From positions 160,001 to 224,000 of the forward strand of contig CAVQBK010000001.1 in assembly GCA_963710755.1 (NCBI GenBank): 64,000 nucleotides of DNA, written 5' to 3'. The position numbers and the translations under genes are program-made. The stretch comes from an uncultured bacterium. Its GTDB lineage: Bacteria; Oederibacteriota; JAAXVQ01; JAUVAV01. The number at the start of each line of letters is the position of its first letter. Within the stretch, counting starts at the first letter, position 1. Shown piece by piece: positions 1 through 10,889 of this stretch. Below the pieces are notes generated by a model. It saw only the letters and a program-made list of their open reading frames with translations. It ran no database searches and was not told the origin of the DNA.

Positions 1-1145
1 TTAAGACCGTACCTGATGGTAAAACCGCTATTGAAGCGGTACGCAGTGAGCCATTTGATGTGGTGCTGTCGGATGTACGTATGCCCGGTGCCAGCGGACT
101 GGAATTGTTGGACGAGATTCGTCATATGACCGCAGGGCCGGAACTCATCATCATGACGGCTTACGGTAGCATCGAAACCGCCATTCAAGCCTTGAAAAAT
201 GGGGCTCGTGATTTTCTCATCAAGCCCTTTTCCAATGACCTACTCAAGATGACCATCAAGCGTGTGCTCCAGATCCGGGAACTTTCGGAGGAGAATATGA
301 AATTGCGCGAACTGGAGCGCATGAAAAAAGAATTTATTACTATGATTGCCCATGAACTGCGCACCCCCTTGACCGCGATCAAAGGGTATCTGAAGCTGGT
401 GCTCTCCGGTATGGCCGGCGAATTAAGAACCAACCAGAAAGAGTACCTGGGCGTGGTTCATCAGAATTCAGAACGCCTGCAGAGCATCATTAACAAAATG
501 ATCGATATGGGACAGCTCGAATCGGCTGATTTTGTACTGCATACCATGACCGCTAACACCCTCAATGTGATTTGGGAATCCATTTCGGAAATTCAGGAAA
601 CCTACGAAAAGAAAAGATTGCAGTTGGAAGTTAACCTGTCCTCCACCTTAAAACCTATTGTGGTGGACCCACAACGCATGAAACAGGTTATCAATGTCTT
701 GCTTGATAATGCCGTCAGTTTCAGTCCACCCAATAAACGCATATGGTTGTCCGTACAACGGTGGGATGGGGCGGAAAATATGCGTGATGATCAACGGCCT
801 ACTTCCTATGTGGAGTTCGATGATCTCAAGGAAATGGAGTATTTGGAAATTACGATAAGGGATGAAGGCCCGGGTATTCCTGAGGACAAGCTGTCCCAAG
901 TATTTGAAAAATTTTATCAAGTGGACGATCTTTATGTCCGGCATGTGGGCGGCATGGGTGTAGGATTATCATTATGTAAAAAAATCGTGGAGTTAATGGG
1001 CGGGAAAATATGGGTGAAAAGCAGTCTTGGCCAAGGTTGCGAATTTACATTTATTCTGCCCTGGTATACCCCGCCGGAGGGTTTTAGTGAAGTCGTCGAA
1101 CGCTCGGATAGTCGCAATGAAGCCAAAACGACCATAGCGGCTTAA
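1..1145 (+). CDS. Hybrid receiver-histidine kinase (REC-HisKA-HATPase_c), 5'-partial
   Basis: Frame is open from base 3 (KTVPDGKTAIEAVRSEPFDVVLSDVRMPG); receiver motifs, H-box AHELRTPL, N-box LLDNA, DEGPG, GMGVGL. Confidence 0.9.
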   Translation, partial: KTVPDGKTAIEAVRSEPFDVVLSDVRMPGASGLELLDEIRHMTAGPELIIMTAYGSIETAIQALKNGARDFLIKPFSNDLLKMTIKRVLQIRELSEENMKLRELERMKKEFITMIAHELRTPLTAIKGYLKLVLSGMAGELRTNQKEYLGVVHQNSERLQSIINKMIDMGQLESADFVLHTMTANTLNVIWESISEIQETYEKKRLQLEVNLSSTLKPIVVDPQRMKQVINVLLDNAVSFSPPNKRIWLSVQRWDGAENMRDDQRPTSYVEFDDLKEMEYLEITIRDEGPGIPEDKLSQVFEKFYQVDDLYVRHVGGMGVGLSLCKKIVELMGGKIWVKSSLGQGCEFTFILPWYTPPEGFSEVVERSDSRNEAKTTIAA

Positions 1146-1230
1146 AGCACGCCTGGCATTGGCCGAGTTAGAAAATCGGGAAAAATGTCATTTCTCCGCG
1201 GGGCATGCGCGCAAAGGTAATAAAGGAAAC

Positions 1231-1416
1231 ATGGTTTGTCATTCTTTGCGATCTTGCTTAAATGCAGAAGTACAGCAAGTCGCACCTTCAACAACACAAC
1301 CTGTACAAACAAATCCGGCATGCCGGCCCAAGGAGCCCCTTAATGCTACAAGAGGGGCTGGTAAAGAATATTGTTTTATGGACGTGGATCTTGCTGGTAC
1401 GAAATTATTTTCTTAG
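1231..1416 (+). CDS. Possible 61-aa hypothetical protein with 4 Cys
   Basis: AAAGGA before ATG 1231; fills the gap and its stop overlaps the rpe stop; no recognisable motif. Confidence 0.25.
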   Translation: MVCHSLRSCLNAEVQQVAPSTTQPVQTNPACRPKEPLNATRGAGKEYCFMDVDLAGTKLFS

Positions 1417-2078
1417 CCGGCGGATTGGTCGGAGGCACGTAAACGGGCTATTAGTTCGCTGCGGTTTCGAGCTTTGAAGATGGCCGACCCAGCCACCAAC
1501 ACTGTCGCCCCGGAGGCCGCTGCCAAGGGAGCTGTGCTGGGGTCAATACCGCCATCCACTTCCAGGGCGATGGTTAATTGGCGCTCAGCAATGAGGCGGC
1601 GGGCTTCCTCTATCTTAGGCAAGACCTCAGGCATGAACGCCTGCCCTCCAAAACCAGGTTCCACGGTCATGAATAAAATCAAATCAATTGCATCCAAATA
1701 AGGCAATAACGTGTTGAAGGGCGTCTTAGGTTTTATGGAGACGCCGGCTTGAGCGCCCAATTGTTTGATTTTACTGAGAAGTTCAGGAACATTGTCCGCG
1801 GCCTCGGCATGGATAATGATGCGGTCTGCTCCTGCTTGACGGAACGGTTCGATAAACGTTTCGGGATTGCTGATCATCAAATGCGTTTCCAGGGGAAGGG
1901 AAGTGAACTGACGTATGGAATGTACCAACGGGGGGCCGAAGGTGATGTTGGGCACCATATGGCCATCCATTACATCCAAATGCAGCCAATCGGCTCCACC
2001 CTCTTCCAGAGTTTTTATTTCTTCGCCCAATTTGATGAAATCAGCAGACAAAATTGAAGGTGCTATTTGAAGGGTCAT
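1413..2078 (-). CDS. rpe: Ribulose-phosphate 3-epimerase
   Basis: IAPSILSADF, HLDVMDGH.VPN.TFG, MTVEPGFGGQ, EVDGGI, VAGSAIF; start placed at ATG 2078 after AAAGG. Confidence 0.96.
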   Translation of the reverse strand: MTLQIAPSILSADFIKLGEEIKTLEEGGADWLHLDVMDGHMVPNITFGPPLVHSIRQFTSLPLETHLMISNPETFIEPFRQAGADRIIIHAEAADNVPELLSKIKQLGAQAGVSIKPKTPFNTLLPYLDAIDLILFMTVEPGFGGQAFMPEVLPKIEEARRLIAERQLTIALEVDGGIDPSTAPLAAASGATVLVAGSAIFKARNRSELIARLRASDQSAG

Positions 2079-2091
2079 GGCAATGCCTTTC

Positions 2092-2146
2092 TTAATACGT
2101 CCTCCCGAATTCACCGCATTTCAACGCGGGAATAAAACGACAATGA
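2092..2146 (-). repeat. Copy (3' half) of the intergenic GAGGACGTATTAA element, upstream of rpe
   Basis: Minus strand reads ATTGTCGTTTTATTCCCGCGTTGAAATGCGGTGAATTCGGGAGGACGTATTAA and aligns with 22934-22986. Confidence 0.8.
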
Positions 2147-2228
2147 TTCGTTGCGGGATGTTTTGTTAAATTTGTAAATAACGTGCCCAGCTTGACCGTA
2201 GATTATGACGGCCTTGACTCATTAGCAA

Positions 2229-3200
2229 TTAGATGATTCGTTCTTCGGTAAATTTACCGTTGATATAGACCTTGAGGACAGCGGTAGTCCCATTGAGGAT
2301 CTTGCGTACCACCAAATCGGTTCCCGGTGTTTCCATGGCATTATAAAGTTCACGCAAACCATTGTCATCGCGCACCACCAGCTTGACACGCACGTCACGA
2401 CCACCGGAGGGCACGTGATAATGAATGCTGACAAAGCGTGTGGTTAGGTTTTGATTGTCGCTTCGGGTAGTGGCCACCAATCCGGCCGGCATGCCGGCCT
2501 GCACCCGGGATCCGGGCAAAGGAGTTTGCGCCATAATAGTGCCCGAGGGTTTGGTATTATCCACTTTACGTTTGATCTCGCTAAGGTCCATGTTGAGGTT
2601 TTCCAGCGTGCTGGTGGCCTGGTCAATAGGGTAGCCGATCAGGTCGGGCATGATATACCACAGAGGACGAGGACCACTTGACACCAAGAGATTGACATTG
2701 CTACCACTGGTGATGTTATGGCCATGCTTTGGCCACTGGTCCAGGACTTGATCCTTGGCAATGCGTTCATTGGCAATATGTGTAACCCGTCCAACGTGCA
2801 GCCCGGCATTGTCAATGGCCAAGGTGCCTTCGCGCAGGGAATGGCCCATTACCTCAGGCACAGTAATAGTGCGGCTGCCGCGTGATACCACTACTTGAAT
2901 AAGTCGTCCGCTTTTTACTTTTTCTTCCGCTTTGGGATCCTGGTCAAGAATGAAATTAGCTGCTATTTTGGGGTCGAAACGGTACTCTTTAACCGAGATA
3001 TTAAGCCGGTTGACGCGGCACAAACTCCGGGCTGATTCCAAGGTGCGGTGCGTGAGATCAGGCACCACCTCGATTTTTGCGACCGTTAAAAACTTGATGG
3101 TGGTTAGGGTGCTGAGGGCGAATACGGTCAGTGAAGCGATCAATACCGTAAAAAAAAACGTGCTGGATTTGGTGCTTTTTAAAGGTAAAGCTTCGGTCAT
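2229..3200 (-). CDS. Membrane-anchored PASTA-domain protein (3 PASTA repeats, no kinase domain)
   Basis: One N-terminal TM, then three VPD/E(L/V)...Q.P..G..V repeats. Confidence 0.88.
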   Translation of the reverse strand: MTEALPLKSTKSSTFFFTVLIASLTVFALSTLTTIKFLTVAKIEVVPDLTHRTLESARSLCRVNRLNISVKEYRFDPKIAANFILDQDPKAEEKVKSGRLIQVVVSRGSRTITVPEVMGHSLREGTLAIDNAGLHVGRVTHIANERIAKDQVLDQWPKHGHNITSGSNVNLLVSSGPRPLWYIMPDLIGYPIDQATSTLENLNMDLSEIKRKVDNTKPSGTIMAQTPLPGSRVQAGMPAGLVATTRSDNQNLTTRFVSIHYHVPSGGRDVRVKLVVRDDNGLRELYNAMETPGTDLVVRKILNGTTAVLKVYINGKFTEERII

Positions 3201-4240
3201 GCCATCCTCCGTGACTGCGTGACCGCCAATTGGCCACAGGCAGCGTTGATGCTTTGCCCTTGAGATCGGCGACAGGTGGCGGTAATCCCTGCGCGCTTTA
3301 AAGTGGCCAAAAAAAGATCAACGGCCCTTTCCTCCGGGGGCATAAAGGATTGATTATGAACAGGATTATAAGGGATTATGTTGACCTTGGCATTAATATT
3401 TTTCAACAAACGGCATAAAATTCGGGCATCTGTTTCGTGGTCATTGAGGTCCCTGATGAGGATATATTCGAAAGTGACCTGCTTGCCGGAGAGATGGGCA
3501 TACCGCCTCACGGCTGCCATCACTTTTTCCAAGGGATAGCGACGATTGATCGGCATCAGGCGGTCGCGGACCGCGTTGGTGGCAGCGTTCAAGGACACCG
3601 CCAAATGTGCTGGAATTGGTTTGTGGATTAATTCCTCCAGTCCCGGCAGCCATCCACAGGTAGAAACTGTAATGCGATGGCTCGACCAATTCCATCCATG
3701 TTTATTGGTTAAGATGTCCAACGTGGAGCGCAGTGCTTCCAGATTTTGTAGCGGTTCGCCCATGCCCATGAACACCAAATTGGTGGGGGGGCGGTGATAA
3801 AGAGCGTTTAAACCGCGAAGCTGACCGATCATTTCACTGGTGGTCAACTGCCGCACCAGCCCCATGGTGGCGGTGGCGCAAAAATGGCAGTTCATGGCGC
3901 AACCGACCTGGGTGGAGAGACAAAAACTTAACGCGCCACCGGGTTTGGGGAGTCCCACGCTTTCCACCATGGCCTTGTCAGCCAAAGCAAAAAGCACTTT
4001 TTGGGTGTTGTCCGTTGCGGTTAGGATTTTGACCGGTGCCCAGGGTGCGGGCAAGACAAAATGTTCCGTCAGCAAGGATCTCAGGGGTTTGGGGAAAACG
4101 GTCAGCTCATCGAACGATGAAAGCTGTTGTCGCCATAGGCCCTGCATAAGTTGATGTGCTCTGAATGCCGGGTACCCGTGCTCCTGCAACCAAAGCTGTA
4201 AGGCTTCCGGGTTTAAATTAAAAATATCCTGTTGGGTCAT
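3197..4240 (-). CDS. rlmN: 23S rRNA m2A2503/tRNA methyltransferase RlmN (radical SAM)
   Basis: CLSTQVGCAMNCHFCATA, MGMGEPL, RITVST, FEYILI, AACGQL; start uncertain (4240 or 4306). Confidence 0.95.
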   Translation of the reverse strand: MTQQDIFNLNPEALQLWLQEHGYPAFRAHQLMQGLWRQQLSSFDELTVFPKPLRSLLTEHFVLPAPWAPVKILTATDNTQKVLFALADKAMVESVGLPKPGGALSFCLSTQVGCAMNCHFCATATMGLVRQLTTSEMIGQLRGLNALYHRPPTNLVFMGMGEPLQNLEALRSTLDILTNKHGWNWSSHRITVSTCGWLPGLEELIHKPIPAHLAVSLNAATNAVRDRLMPINRRYPLEKVMAAVRRYAHLSGKQVTFEYILIRDLNDHETDARILCRLLKNINAKVNIIPYNPVHNQSFMPPEERAVDLFLATLKRAGITATCRRSQGQSINAACGQLAVTQSRRMA

Positions 4241-4289
4241 TGCATAGCCACCGCTGGTTAGGTTGTTGGCAGACTTATTGGTCGCGTGT

Positions 4290-4396
4290 TTAATACGACC
4301 TTGCATTATTTCTGCATTTCAAGGTGGGGATGAAGTGATAATAAAAACAATGATCATCTCCCATTCGTATCAAAATAGTCATTGGCAAGGTAATTG
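4290..4396 (-). repeat. Diverged copy of the intergenic element, upstream of rlmN
   Basis: Minus strand ATTACCTTGCCAAT...TATTTTGATA...GATCATTGTTTTTATTATCACTTCATC...TTGAAATGC...GCAAGGTCGTATTAA aligns with 22870-22986. Confidence 0.7.
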
Positions 4397-4400
4397 TCAA
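4372..4400 (-). promoter_or_regulatory. Putative sigma70 promoter for rlmN-PASTA-rpe
   Basis: TTGACA-17 nt-TATTTT on the minus strand. Confidence 0.5.
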
Positions 4401-4470
4401 ACAAAAACCTTGCGATAAGCGAATGAGGATGTTATAAAAATAGCCTAAAAATTCAGATGAGGTGATCTTC

Positions 4471-5340
4471 GTGTTGTTAAAATTAGCTCTTCCTGCAGGA
4501 AGTTTGAAAGAATCGACCTTCATGATGCTTAAAAAAGCCGGGTTTCGCGTGTCCACCACCGCCCGGTCTTATTATCCCACCATTGACGACCCGGAAATTG
4601 AGTTGATGTTGGTACGGGCCCAAGAAATTCCGCGCTATGTGGAGGGGGGGGTGTTCGATGCCGGACTCACCGGTGCCGATTGGACCGCTGAGAATAAAGC
4701 CAAAGTGCATAAAGTAGCTGAATTGATTTATGCCAAACAAGGGTTGCGTCCGGTGCGTTGGGTAATAGCCGTGCCTGAAAATTCCAAAATCAAAACCGTC
4801 AAAGATTTAAATGGCAAGCGCATTGCCACGGAATTGGTTAACTATGTCAAAAGTTATCTGAAAAAGAACAAGGTGAAAGCGGACGTGGAATTTTCCTGGG
4901 GAGCGACGGAGGCCAAACCGCCTGTTTTGGCCGATGCCATTGTGGAATTGACCGAAACCGGCAGTTCTTTAAGAGCCAATAAACTGCGTATTGTTGAGAC
5001 TATTTTAACTTCCAATACACTTTTAATTGCCAATAAACAATCATGGCTGGATGAAAAAAAACGAAAAAAAATCGAAACCTTGAATATGCTTCTCCAAGGG
5101 GCCTTGATGGCGGAATCCAAAGTTGGCATTAAAATGAATGTGCATAAAGATAATGTTGGAAAAGTGCTGACGTTGCTTCCAGCCATGAAAAAACCCACTA
5201 TTAGCGCTTTGACCGACGGTGAGTGGATGGACGTGGAAACCATTATCGAAGAGAAAAAAGTTCGGGAAATGATAGTAAAATTAAAGGATTCCGGGGCTCA
5301 GGATATTATCGAATATCCTTTGAATAAAGTGGTACTTTAA
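4471..5340 (+). CDS. hisG: ATP phosphoribosyltransferase, long form
   Basis: [40 protein letters not shown]; C-terminal regulatory domain; GTG start at 4471 or 4462. Confidence 0.95.
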   Translation: MLLKLALPAGSLKESTFMMLKKAGFRVSTTARSYYPTIDDPEIELMLVRAQEIPRYVEGGVFDAGLTGADWTAENKAKVHKVAELIYAKQGLRPVRWVIAVPENSKIKTVKDLNGKRIATELVNYVKSYLKKNKVKADVEFSWGATEAKPPVLADAIVELTETGSSLRANKLRIVETILTSNTLLIANKQSWLDEKKRKKIETLNMLLQGALMAESKVGIKMNVHKDNVGKVLTLLPAMKKPTISALTDGEWMDVETIIEEKKVREMIVKLKDSGAQDIIEYPLNKVVL

Positions 5341-5453
5341 CCCTATTAAGACCATGTCCGTTAAAGCACGTTTTATGTTATGGATAAAGTTGAAGCAAGC
5401 TGCGGTGGCAGATGGGCTGGGATCAGTAAGAGACAACGTGTCGAGGACACCCC

Positions 5454-5972
5454 ATGATGAGTAAGTGGTTTGGCACATGTATGATCTTATTAGCCGCAGT
5501 GGCGCTGAACGCCCTGGTTCATGGCGTGGATGTGGTTGTCCCTGATATAGCGGGTAATACTGGCGCCGGCCAGACTGGTATTAGTCAGCCTGCAGACAAA
5601 GCCCAGGAACAGGGCCCTAAAAGCATTGAGCAACCTGTTTATACTAAAAATAACCCTCTGGCCGATTTTCAAATCCATTTTTTTATATCATTGCCCTTTA
5701 CGGCTTTATACAGCTATCTGGCTGTGAGTTCTATGGACGCCATTGTGCAAGGGCAATATCCCACGGCTTTTCGAACCACCAATTCGTGGATGATTATAGG
5801 CTTGGCTGTGGGCTCTTCTCTGGCCATTGCTTTGGGCAATATTGGCAGAGTGCCCGACCAATCAGTGCCTGTCTTGGCCTCGGGATTGAATTGGCAGGAG
5901 GCCCGTGAAGCTGAGCCGAGTGATAACGTGGTCGTGGCAGAAAAAATGGAATTGTTGAGAATTTTGTATTAG
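5454..5972 (+). CDS. Hypothetical exported/membrane protein
   Basis: Signal-like N-terminus and two hydrophobic segments; GAGG upstream. Confidence 0.6.
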   Translation: MMSKWFGTCMILLAAVALNALVHGVDVVVPDIAGNTGAGQTGISQPADKAQEQGPKSIEQPVYTKNNPLADFQIHFFISLPFTALYSYLAVSSMDAIVQGQYPTAFRTTNSWMIIGLAVGSSLAIALGNIGRVPDQSVPVLASGLNWQEAREAEPSDNVVVAEKMELLRILY

Positions 5973-6198
5973 AATTATCCGTTTTGGGGTACACTATTTG
6001 TTCAAGAAATAAAATATTAGTCCCCAGAAACAGTCTTGTTTTTAAAGATGGTCTGGAAATGATGCAAAAAAACTTAGGCCCGAAGCATATTCCTGGGAGG
6101 CCAGGCTGGCGGGCGTCAGGGCAGGTAGCATAGCATCTGCATTCAAATGATGGTTTCGTTTTTGTTGTTGTCATGGTTTATTAGAATGGAGGCAGGTT

Positions 6199-6690
6199 AT
6201 GGAAGTCAGTTTATTACGCACCATTAATATTTTTGAAGGTCTCAGTGATGAAGATCTTGAAAAAATATTTAAATTGGCCCGTATCAAACTCTACCCGGCC
6301 AAAGCCATTATTCTGGAAGAAGGCAAATTAGGCGGCGCGCTGCATATTGTTATTAAAGGCAAGGTAAAAATCACCAAAAAAGTGGAAGGCAAGAAGGATA
6401 AATTCATTACCAAGTTGGGTCCCCAATCCATATTTGGTGAAATGTCCCTATTTGACAATTTGCCTTATTCCGCCAATGTTGTTGCCGATGAAGAAACCCG
6501 TTGCATGGTCATACCCAAGGATCGCTTTGATGAACTGTTGAAAAGGGATTTGACCTTGGCAGTAAAATTAATGACTCAGATCATCACTATTTTATCGCAA
6601 CGCCTACGAAATACCAACGAAGAGCTGGTGGCCATGACTACATGGAAAGACCGCATTCAGGAAGCGAGTAAAAAAAACACTAATGGCTAA
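6199..6690 (+). CDS. Cyclic nucleotide-binding domain protein (no HTH)
   Basis: IIL.EG...LHIV.KG.V.I, FGEMSL....YSA.V.A; GGAGG RBS. Confidence 0.9.
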   Translation: MEVSLLRTINIFEGLSDEDLEKIFKLARIKLYPAKAIILEEGKLGGALHIVIKGKVKITKKVEGKKDKFITKLGPQSIFGEMSLFDNLPYSANVVADEETRCMVIPKDRFDELLKRDLTLAVKLMTQIITILSQRLRNTNEELVAMTTWKDRIQEASKKNTNG

Positions 6691-7996
6691 AGTCATCCCT
6701 TTCAAAGGACTAAGTTATTCCGATAAATATTCCAAAAAAATGGGCGAATTGATCACACCGCCCTACGATATTATTACCCCCTCAGCTCAGCAGAAATTTT
6801 ACAAACAGCATGACTATAATATTATCCGGCTGGAATTGGGGAAATCCAAGCTCAGAGACAATGAAACCAATAATCGCTATACCCGGGCCCGTCAAATTCT
6901 GAAGGACTGGTTGAACCGGCAAGTGCTCACGGTGGATAACAAACCCGCCTATTATTTTTTACAATCAGAATACAAAGCGCCTAATGGTGAGATGAAGAGT
7001 GTTCGTGCGTTATATGCACTGGTGGAATTGGAAGAATTGAACGGTGGTAAAATTCTGCCCCATGAAAATACTTACGCCGGCCCCAAAGCAGATCGTTTTA
7101 ATTTGCTTAAGGAAACGGGTGTCAGCTTTTCTCCGGTTTATGCGCTTTACCGGGATCCCTCGGCCAAAATCACCATGGTCTTGAACAAAGTGATGCGCCG
7201 TAAACCCAAACTGGAGTTCAAAGACTGGGATCAAGCCACCCATCGCGTTTGGATCATTAACAAGCCCGATGAATGCGAGGCCATTCAACTGGGATTTCGG
7301 GGAAAAAAACTGTTGATCGCCGACGGGCATCATCGCTATTCCACGGCTTTGAGCTACAAAAACACTTATGGTGCTACGGCGGGTGAACAAGCCGATTATG
7401 TCATGATGTGCCTGACTGAAACCAATGATCCCGGACTCACCGTGTTGCCGGTTTACCGTCTGGTCAATGGAGTATCCAGAAAGCAATGGAACTATTTTAA
7501 AACCAATTTGGAAGATGCCTTTGATATCGAAAAAGTCAGCACCATTTTAGACCTTCCCAGGGCCCAGGCCGCGGCTTTTAAGGCCAGCAAACAGCCGGTT
7601 ATTGGTTATATTCCTGAAGGCGGGAAGGAAGCTTATTTACTCAAAATAAAAAAAGAAACTTTGGAATCTTTCAGCAGTAATCCGGCTTCAGGCCATTCAC
7701 GCATATTTTATAGATTGGATGTAGTGGTCCTCAATCAGATCATCCTGGAAGCTCTGTTGGGCATTATCCCCGGCGAAGAAAAAGACCGTTTGAGCTACAC
7801 CAAAAACCTTGGCGAGGCCGTTGCTTTGGTTAAAAAAAGCAGCGTGCAAGCCGCCTTTTTGCCGGGATTGCCCAATCTCAATGCGATTTGGGACCTGGCG
7901 AAAAAAGGCGAGACCATGCCACAAAAATCCACTTATTTTCTTCCCAAATTGGTTACCGGCATTGTCATGAATCCGGTTAATATTGACCGTAGCTAA
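6683..7996 (+). CDS. DUF1015 family protein
   Basis: PFKG, PPYDII, ILPHENT, IADGHHRY, MPQKSTYF.PKL.TG. Confidence 0.9.
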   Translation: MAKVIPFKGLSYSDKYSKKMGELITPPYDIITPSAQQKFYKQHDYNIIRLELGKSKLRDNETNNRYTRARQILKDWLNRQVLTVDNKPAYYFLQSEYKAPNGEMKSVRALYALVELEELNGGKILPHENTYAGPKADRFNLLKETGVSFSPVYALYRDPSAKITMVLNKVMRRKPKLEFKDWDQATHRVWIINKPDECEAIQLGFRGKKLLIADGHHRYSTALSYKNTYGATAGEQADYVMMCLTETNDPGLTVLPVYRLVNGVSRKQWNYFKTNLEDAFDIEKVSTILDLPRAQAAAFKASKQPVIGYIPEGGKEAYLLKIKKETLESFSSNPASGHSRIFYRLDVVVLNQIILEALLGIIPGEEKDRLSYTKNLGEAVALVKKSSVQAAFLPGLPNLNAIWDLAKKGETMPQKSTYFLPKLVTGIVMNPVNIDRS

Positions 7997-8043
7997 GTAG
8001 TGCTCGTTGTGGAAAATCCTCTTTTTTATAAAGGACAGTATTT

Positions 8044-8069
8044 GTAGGCGCACGGCCCTCCGTGCCCTT
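8044..8069 (+). repeat. Degenerate GTAG-type REP palindrome
   Basis: GTAGGCGCACGG-CCCT-CCGTGCCCTT; relatives at 44624, 47553 and 60934. Confidence 0.5.
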
Positions 8070-8257
8070 GTAAAATTACTTTTTATTTAAAGAGGGGATA
8101 AGGGCATAGTGTTCCTTCGAGACGGGCATCAATAACCATACGCTCCTACATAGAGTCCTATAGGAACAATGAGGCTTTCCACAGTAGAATCTAAGTGGGT
8201 TTTTACCTGCTTGATATAATCAGGCTGCGCTTACTACTGCTATGAGGGAGATTTTTA

Positions 8258-9625
8258 ATGGACTTATTTGAACAAGCCCTGTCTCACGATAATCCCCAAG
8301 CTCCCTTGGCTGATCGCATGCGCCCGCAGGAATTAGATCAAGTACTGGGGCAAGCGCATCTTCTTGACCGCGGTAAGTTTTTAAGATCTGCTATTGAAGA
8401 AGACCGGCTGCCTTCTCTGATCTTTTGGGGCCCGCCGGGCACCGGCAAAACCACCCTGGCCATGGTTATTGCCAAGCATTCGGGAGCTCGCTTTCAATCC
8501 TATTCCGCAGTCACCTCAGGGATTAAGGAATTAAAGGCCGTCATGGAACAGGCTAGAACCCATTTGGCCTACCAGCATCAAAAAACCATTTTATTCATCG
8601 ATGAGATCCACCGTTTTAACAAAGCCCAACAGGACGCTTTTTTGCCCTTTGTAGAACAAGGGATCGTCACCCTAATTGGGGCCACAACGGAAAATCCGAG
8701 TTTTGAAGTCAACGCCGCTCTCCTTTCGCGCTGTCAGGTGCTGGTACTGAAGGCCCTGGATCGGGAATCTCTCGTAGCATTGATGCAGCGCGCGTTGGAG
8801 GATAAACAACGGGGGTTGGGTGCATTAGAACTTGCCTTTGACGAGAAAGCCCTCAGCCTAATAGCACAGAAAGCTTACGGTGATGCGCGGGCTGCTTTGA
8901 ATCAGTTGGAACAGGTAGCCAATTTCTGTGCCCAAACTCCACGGTCCAGGTCGATTCAAGTGGAGGATGTGGAAGAAGCGCTGCAGGAAAAAGCCCTGCT
9001 CTATGACAAAGGCGGGGAAGAACACTATAATCTTATTTCGGCCCTGCATAAATCAGTACGAGGGTCTGATCCGGATGCCGCTTTATACTGGCTGGGACGA
9101 ATGCTCGAAGCTGGTGAAGATCCACATTATCTCTTGAGACGAATGGCACGGATGGCCAGTGAAGATATCGGCCTGGCTGATCCCAACGCACTCCATATGG
9201 CGGTCTCAGCACGGCAAGCCTTTGACTTCGTCGGTCTGCCGGAAGGCAAACTAGCCTTGGCAGAATTAGTGGTCTATCTTTGTCTGGCGCCCAAAAGCAA
9301 TACTCTCGAGGTGGGCTACAACGCCGTCCAAAAGGCCATCAAACAGCAGGGCCCCCTGCCCGTGCCCATGCACATCCGTAATGCCCCCACCGGTTTGATG
9401 CGCAACTTGGGCTATGGCAAGGATTATCATTATGCCCATGACTTTGAAGGCCATTGGGTGCCTGACGACTATCTGCCGGAAGAGCTTAGGGATGAGCGCT
9501 TTTTTCAGCCTGGGTCTATGGGGTGGGAGGGTAAAATGAAACCCCTTCTTGAACAACGGCTGGAAAAAAGGGCTAAAACCAGAAAATCATTCTCTCCCGC
9601 TGATCCTCATAACCATCAGAAATAA
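8258..9625 (+). CDS. rarA: Replication-associated recombination protein A (AAA+)
   Basis: [57 protein letters not shown]. Confidence 0.96.
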   Translation: MDLFEQALSHDNPQAPLADRMRPQELDQVLGQAHLLDRGKFLRSAIEEDRLPSLIFWGPPGTGKTTLAMVIAKHSGARFQSYSAVTSGIKELKAVMEQARTHLAYQHQKTILFIDEIHRFNKAQQDAFLPFVEQGIVTLIGATTENPSFEVNAALLSRCQVLVLKALDRESLVALMQRALEDKQRGLGALELAFDEKALSLIAQKAYGDARAALNQLEQVANFCAQTPRSRSIQVEDVEEALQEKALLYDKGGEEHYNLISALHKSVRGSDPDAALYWLGRMLEAGEDPHYLLRRMARMASEDIGLADPNALHMAVSARQAFDFVGLPEGKLALAELVVYLCLAPKSNTLEVGYNAVQKAIKQQGPLPVPMHIRNAPTGLMRNLGYGKDYHYAHDFEGHWVPDDYLPEELRDERFFQPGSMGWEGKMKPLLEQRLEKRAKTRKSFSPADPHNHQK

Positions 9626-9783
9626 AAACAAAGTTGCCTTTAATCCATGGCTATTCCTCTGGGAATTTCAGTTAAATACCAAGGCTCTATAATTTCACCT
9701 CCCGTGGGACAAGTTGGTTAAGACAGGGACGCCGGCCGACGATAATACCTGTAATGATCTCCATATTAATGGCCTGACGCAGG

Positions 9784-10551
9784 TTGATGACGGCCGAACG
9801 GGAGTCTATGCCCATGGGCTTGCAGGGTCAACGCCGGAAAACACCTTGGTATGTGATAACGGAAATTATCTTTTTTATATTACCGCTGGCCGGATTGTGG
9901 ACTACCTTGAAAAAGATGAATCGCCGTGCCTTTGGTCTGACCCTGGTTATCATCATGGTCCTGGGTTACAGTTGGAGTATGCTGGTGTCCAGTCATGGTT
10001 GGTGGCAATTTAACCCCCAGACCATGCTGGGCTGGCAGGTTTTACCACATTTACCGCTGGAAGAAGCCTTGTTCTATCCCTTGGGAGGTGCGCTCAGCAT
10101 TTTGGTGTATGGATTTCTGGCTGATAAAATGGCTAATCCTCGTTGGAAATCCTTGGGATTTTACTTTCTTTTCCTGGCCTTAACGCTGGTGGTTCTGGGA
10201 GCGGCTACCACGGCGGTGGCGAATAATTTTCATCCTGCCTATATCCTCAGTCAGGTGGTGCTTTACAACGGCCTGGCGTTGCTTCTCTGGCCGGTGGCAG
10301 GCCCCAAATTCCACCTGCCCGGGCTGTTGGTCACTATCGTTATCTTAACTGCTGTTGGAGTTTTCTGGAATTATGTGGGATTTACCCAACGCCTTTGGTG
10401 GTACACGGCTGTTTTGGGGTGGAACTGGCCCAAAGCAGTGCCTGTGGATGACTGGAATTTTTATATTTTTGCACCCCTGGCTGCAATCTCGCTGTATATA
10501 TTGTTGGATTCCAAGCATAGCCGCCGGTCAACCCATCCAGGGGATTTATGA
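9784..10551 (+). CDS. Integral membrane protein with two lycopene-cyclase-type (CrtYc/CrtYd-like) repeats
   Basis: GWWQF...LG...LPLEEALFY and LWWY..VLG....VPVDDWNFY resemble the W.F..lG..PxEE motif; start uncertain. Confidence 0.7.
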   Translation: MMTAERESMPMGLQGQRRKTPWYVITEIIFFILPLAGLWTTLKKMNRRAFGLTLVIIMVLGYSWSMLVSSHGWWQFNPQTMLGWQVLPHLPLEEALFYPLGGALSILVYGFLADKMANPRWKSLGFYFLFLALTLVVLGAATTAVANNFHPAYILSQVVLYNGLALLLWPVAGPKFHLPGLLVTIVILTAVGVFWNYVGFTQRLWWYTAVLGWNWPKAVPVDDWNFYIFAPLAAISLYILLDSKHSRRSTHPGDL

Positions 10552-10889
10552 TGCGTCCCTGGCCATGGTATTTTATGATGGACCTTATATTGTGGGGGAT
10601 AAGTCTGGCTTTGGTGAAATGGAGTTGGTCCAAGTTGAGCCGTTCTTGGAAAACAACAGCAATGGTCACTGCTACCTTGGTGATGGGATTGCAAACCTGG
10701 AATGAGTGGCTCAGCTTCAATGTCTATAAAGCTTGGGGGTTTTCCCAGGCCCATAATACTCTGCTGGGTATCCATTTCTTAGGAGCACCGGTGGAAGAAC
10801 ATTTGTTTTGGTACGCCTTTGCCTGGATGGTGCCTTTTTTGTATGCCCGCCTGGCTGGCGGAAAGGAAGCTCATGATGGCCGCGCCTAG
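10548..10889 (+). CDS. Lycopene-cyclase-domain small membrane protein
   Basis: AWGF....LLGIHFLGAPVEEHLFW; ATGA overlap with the upstream gene. Confidence 0.72.
   Translation: MMRPWPWYFMMDLILWGISLALVKWSWSKLSRSWKTTAMVTATLVMGLQTWNEWLSFNVYKAWGFSQAHNTLLGIHFLGAPVEEHLFWYAFAWMVPFLYARLAGGKEAHDGRA

Noticed and set aside
4291-4300. T7-promoter-like TAATACGAC
   Set aside because: Only 9 nt match; it is the terminus of the intergenic repeat and there is no phage context
9714-10013. 99-aa ORF overlapping the first cyclase-like gene
   Set aside because: Alternative frame of a better-supported ORF, with no motifs
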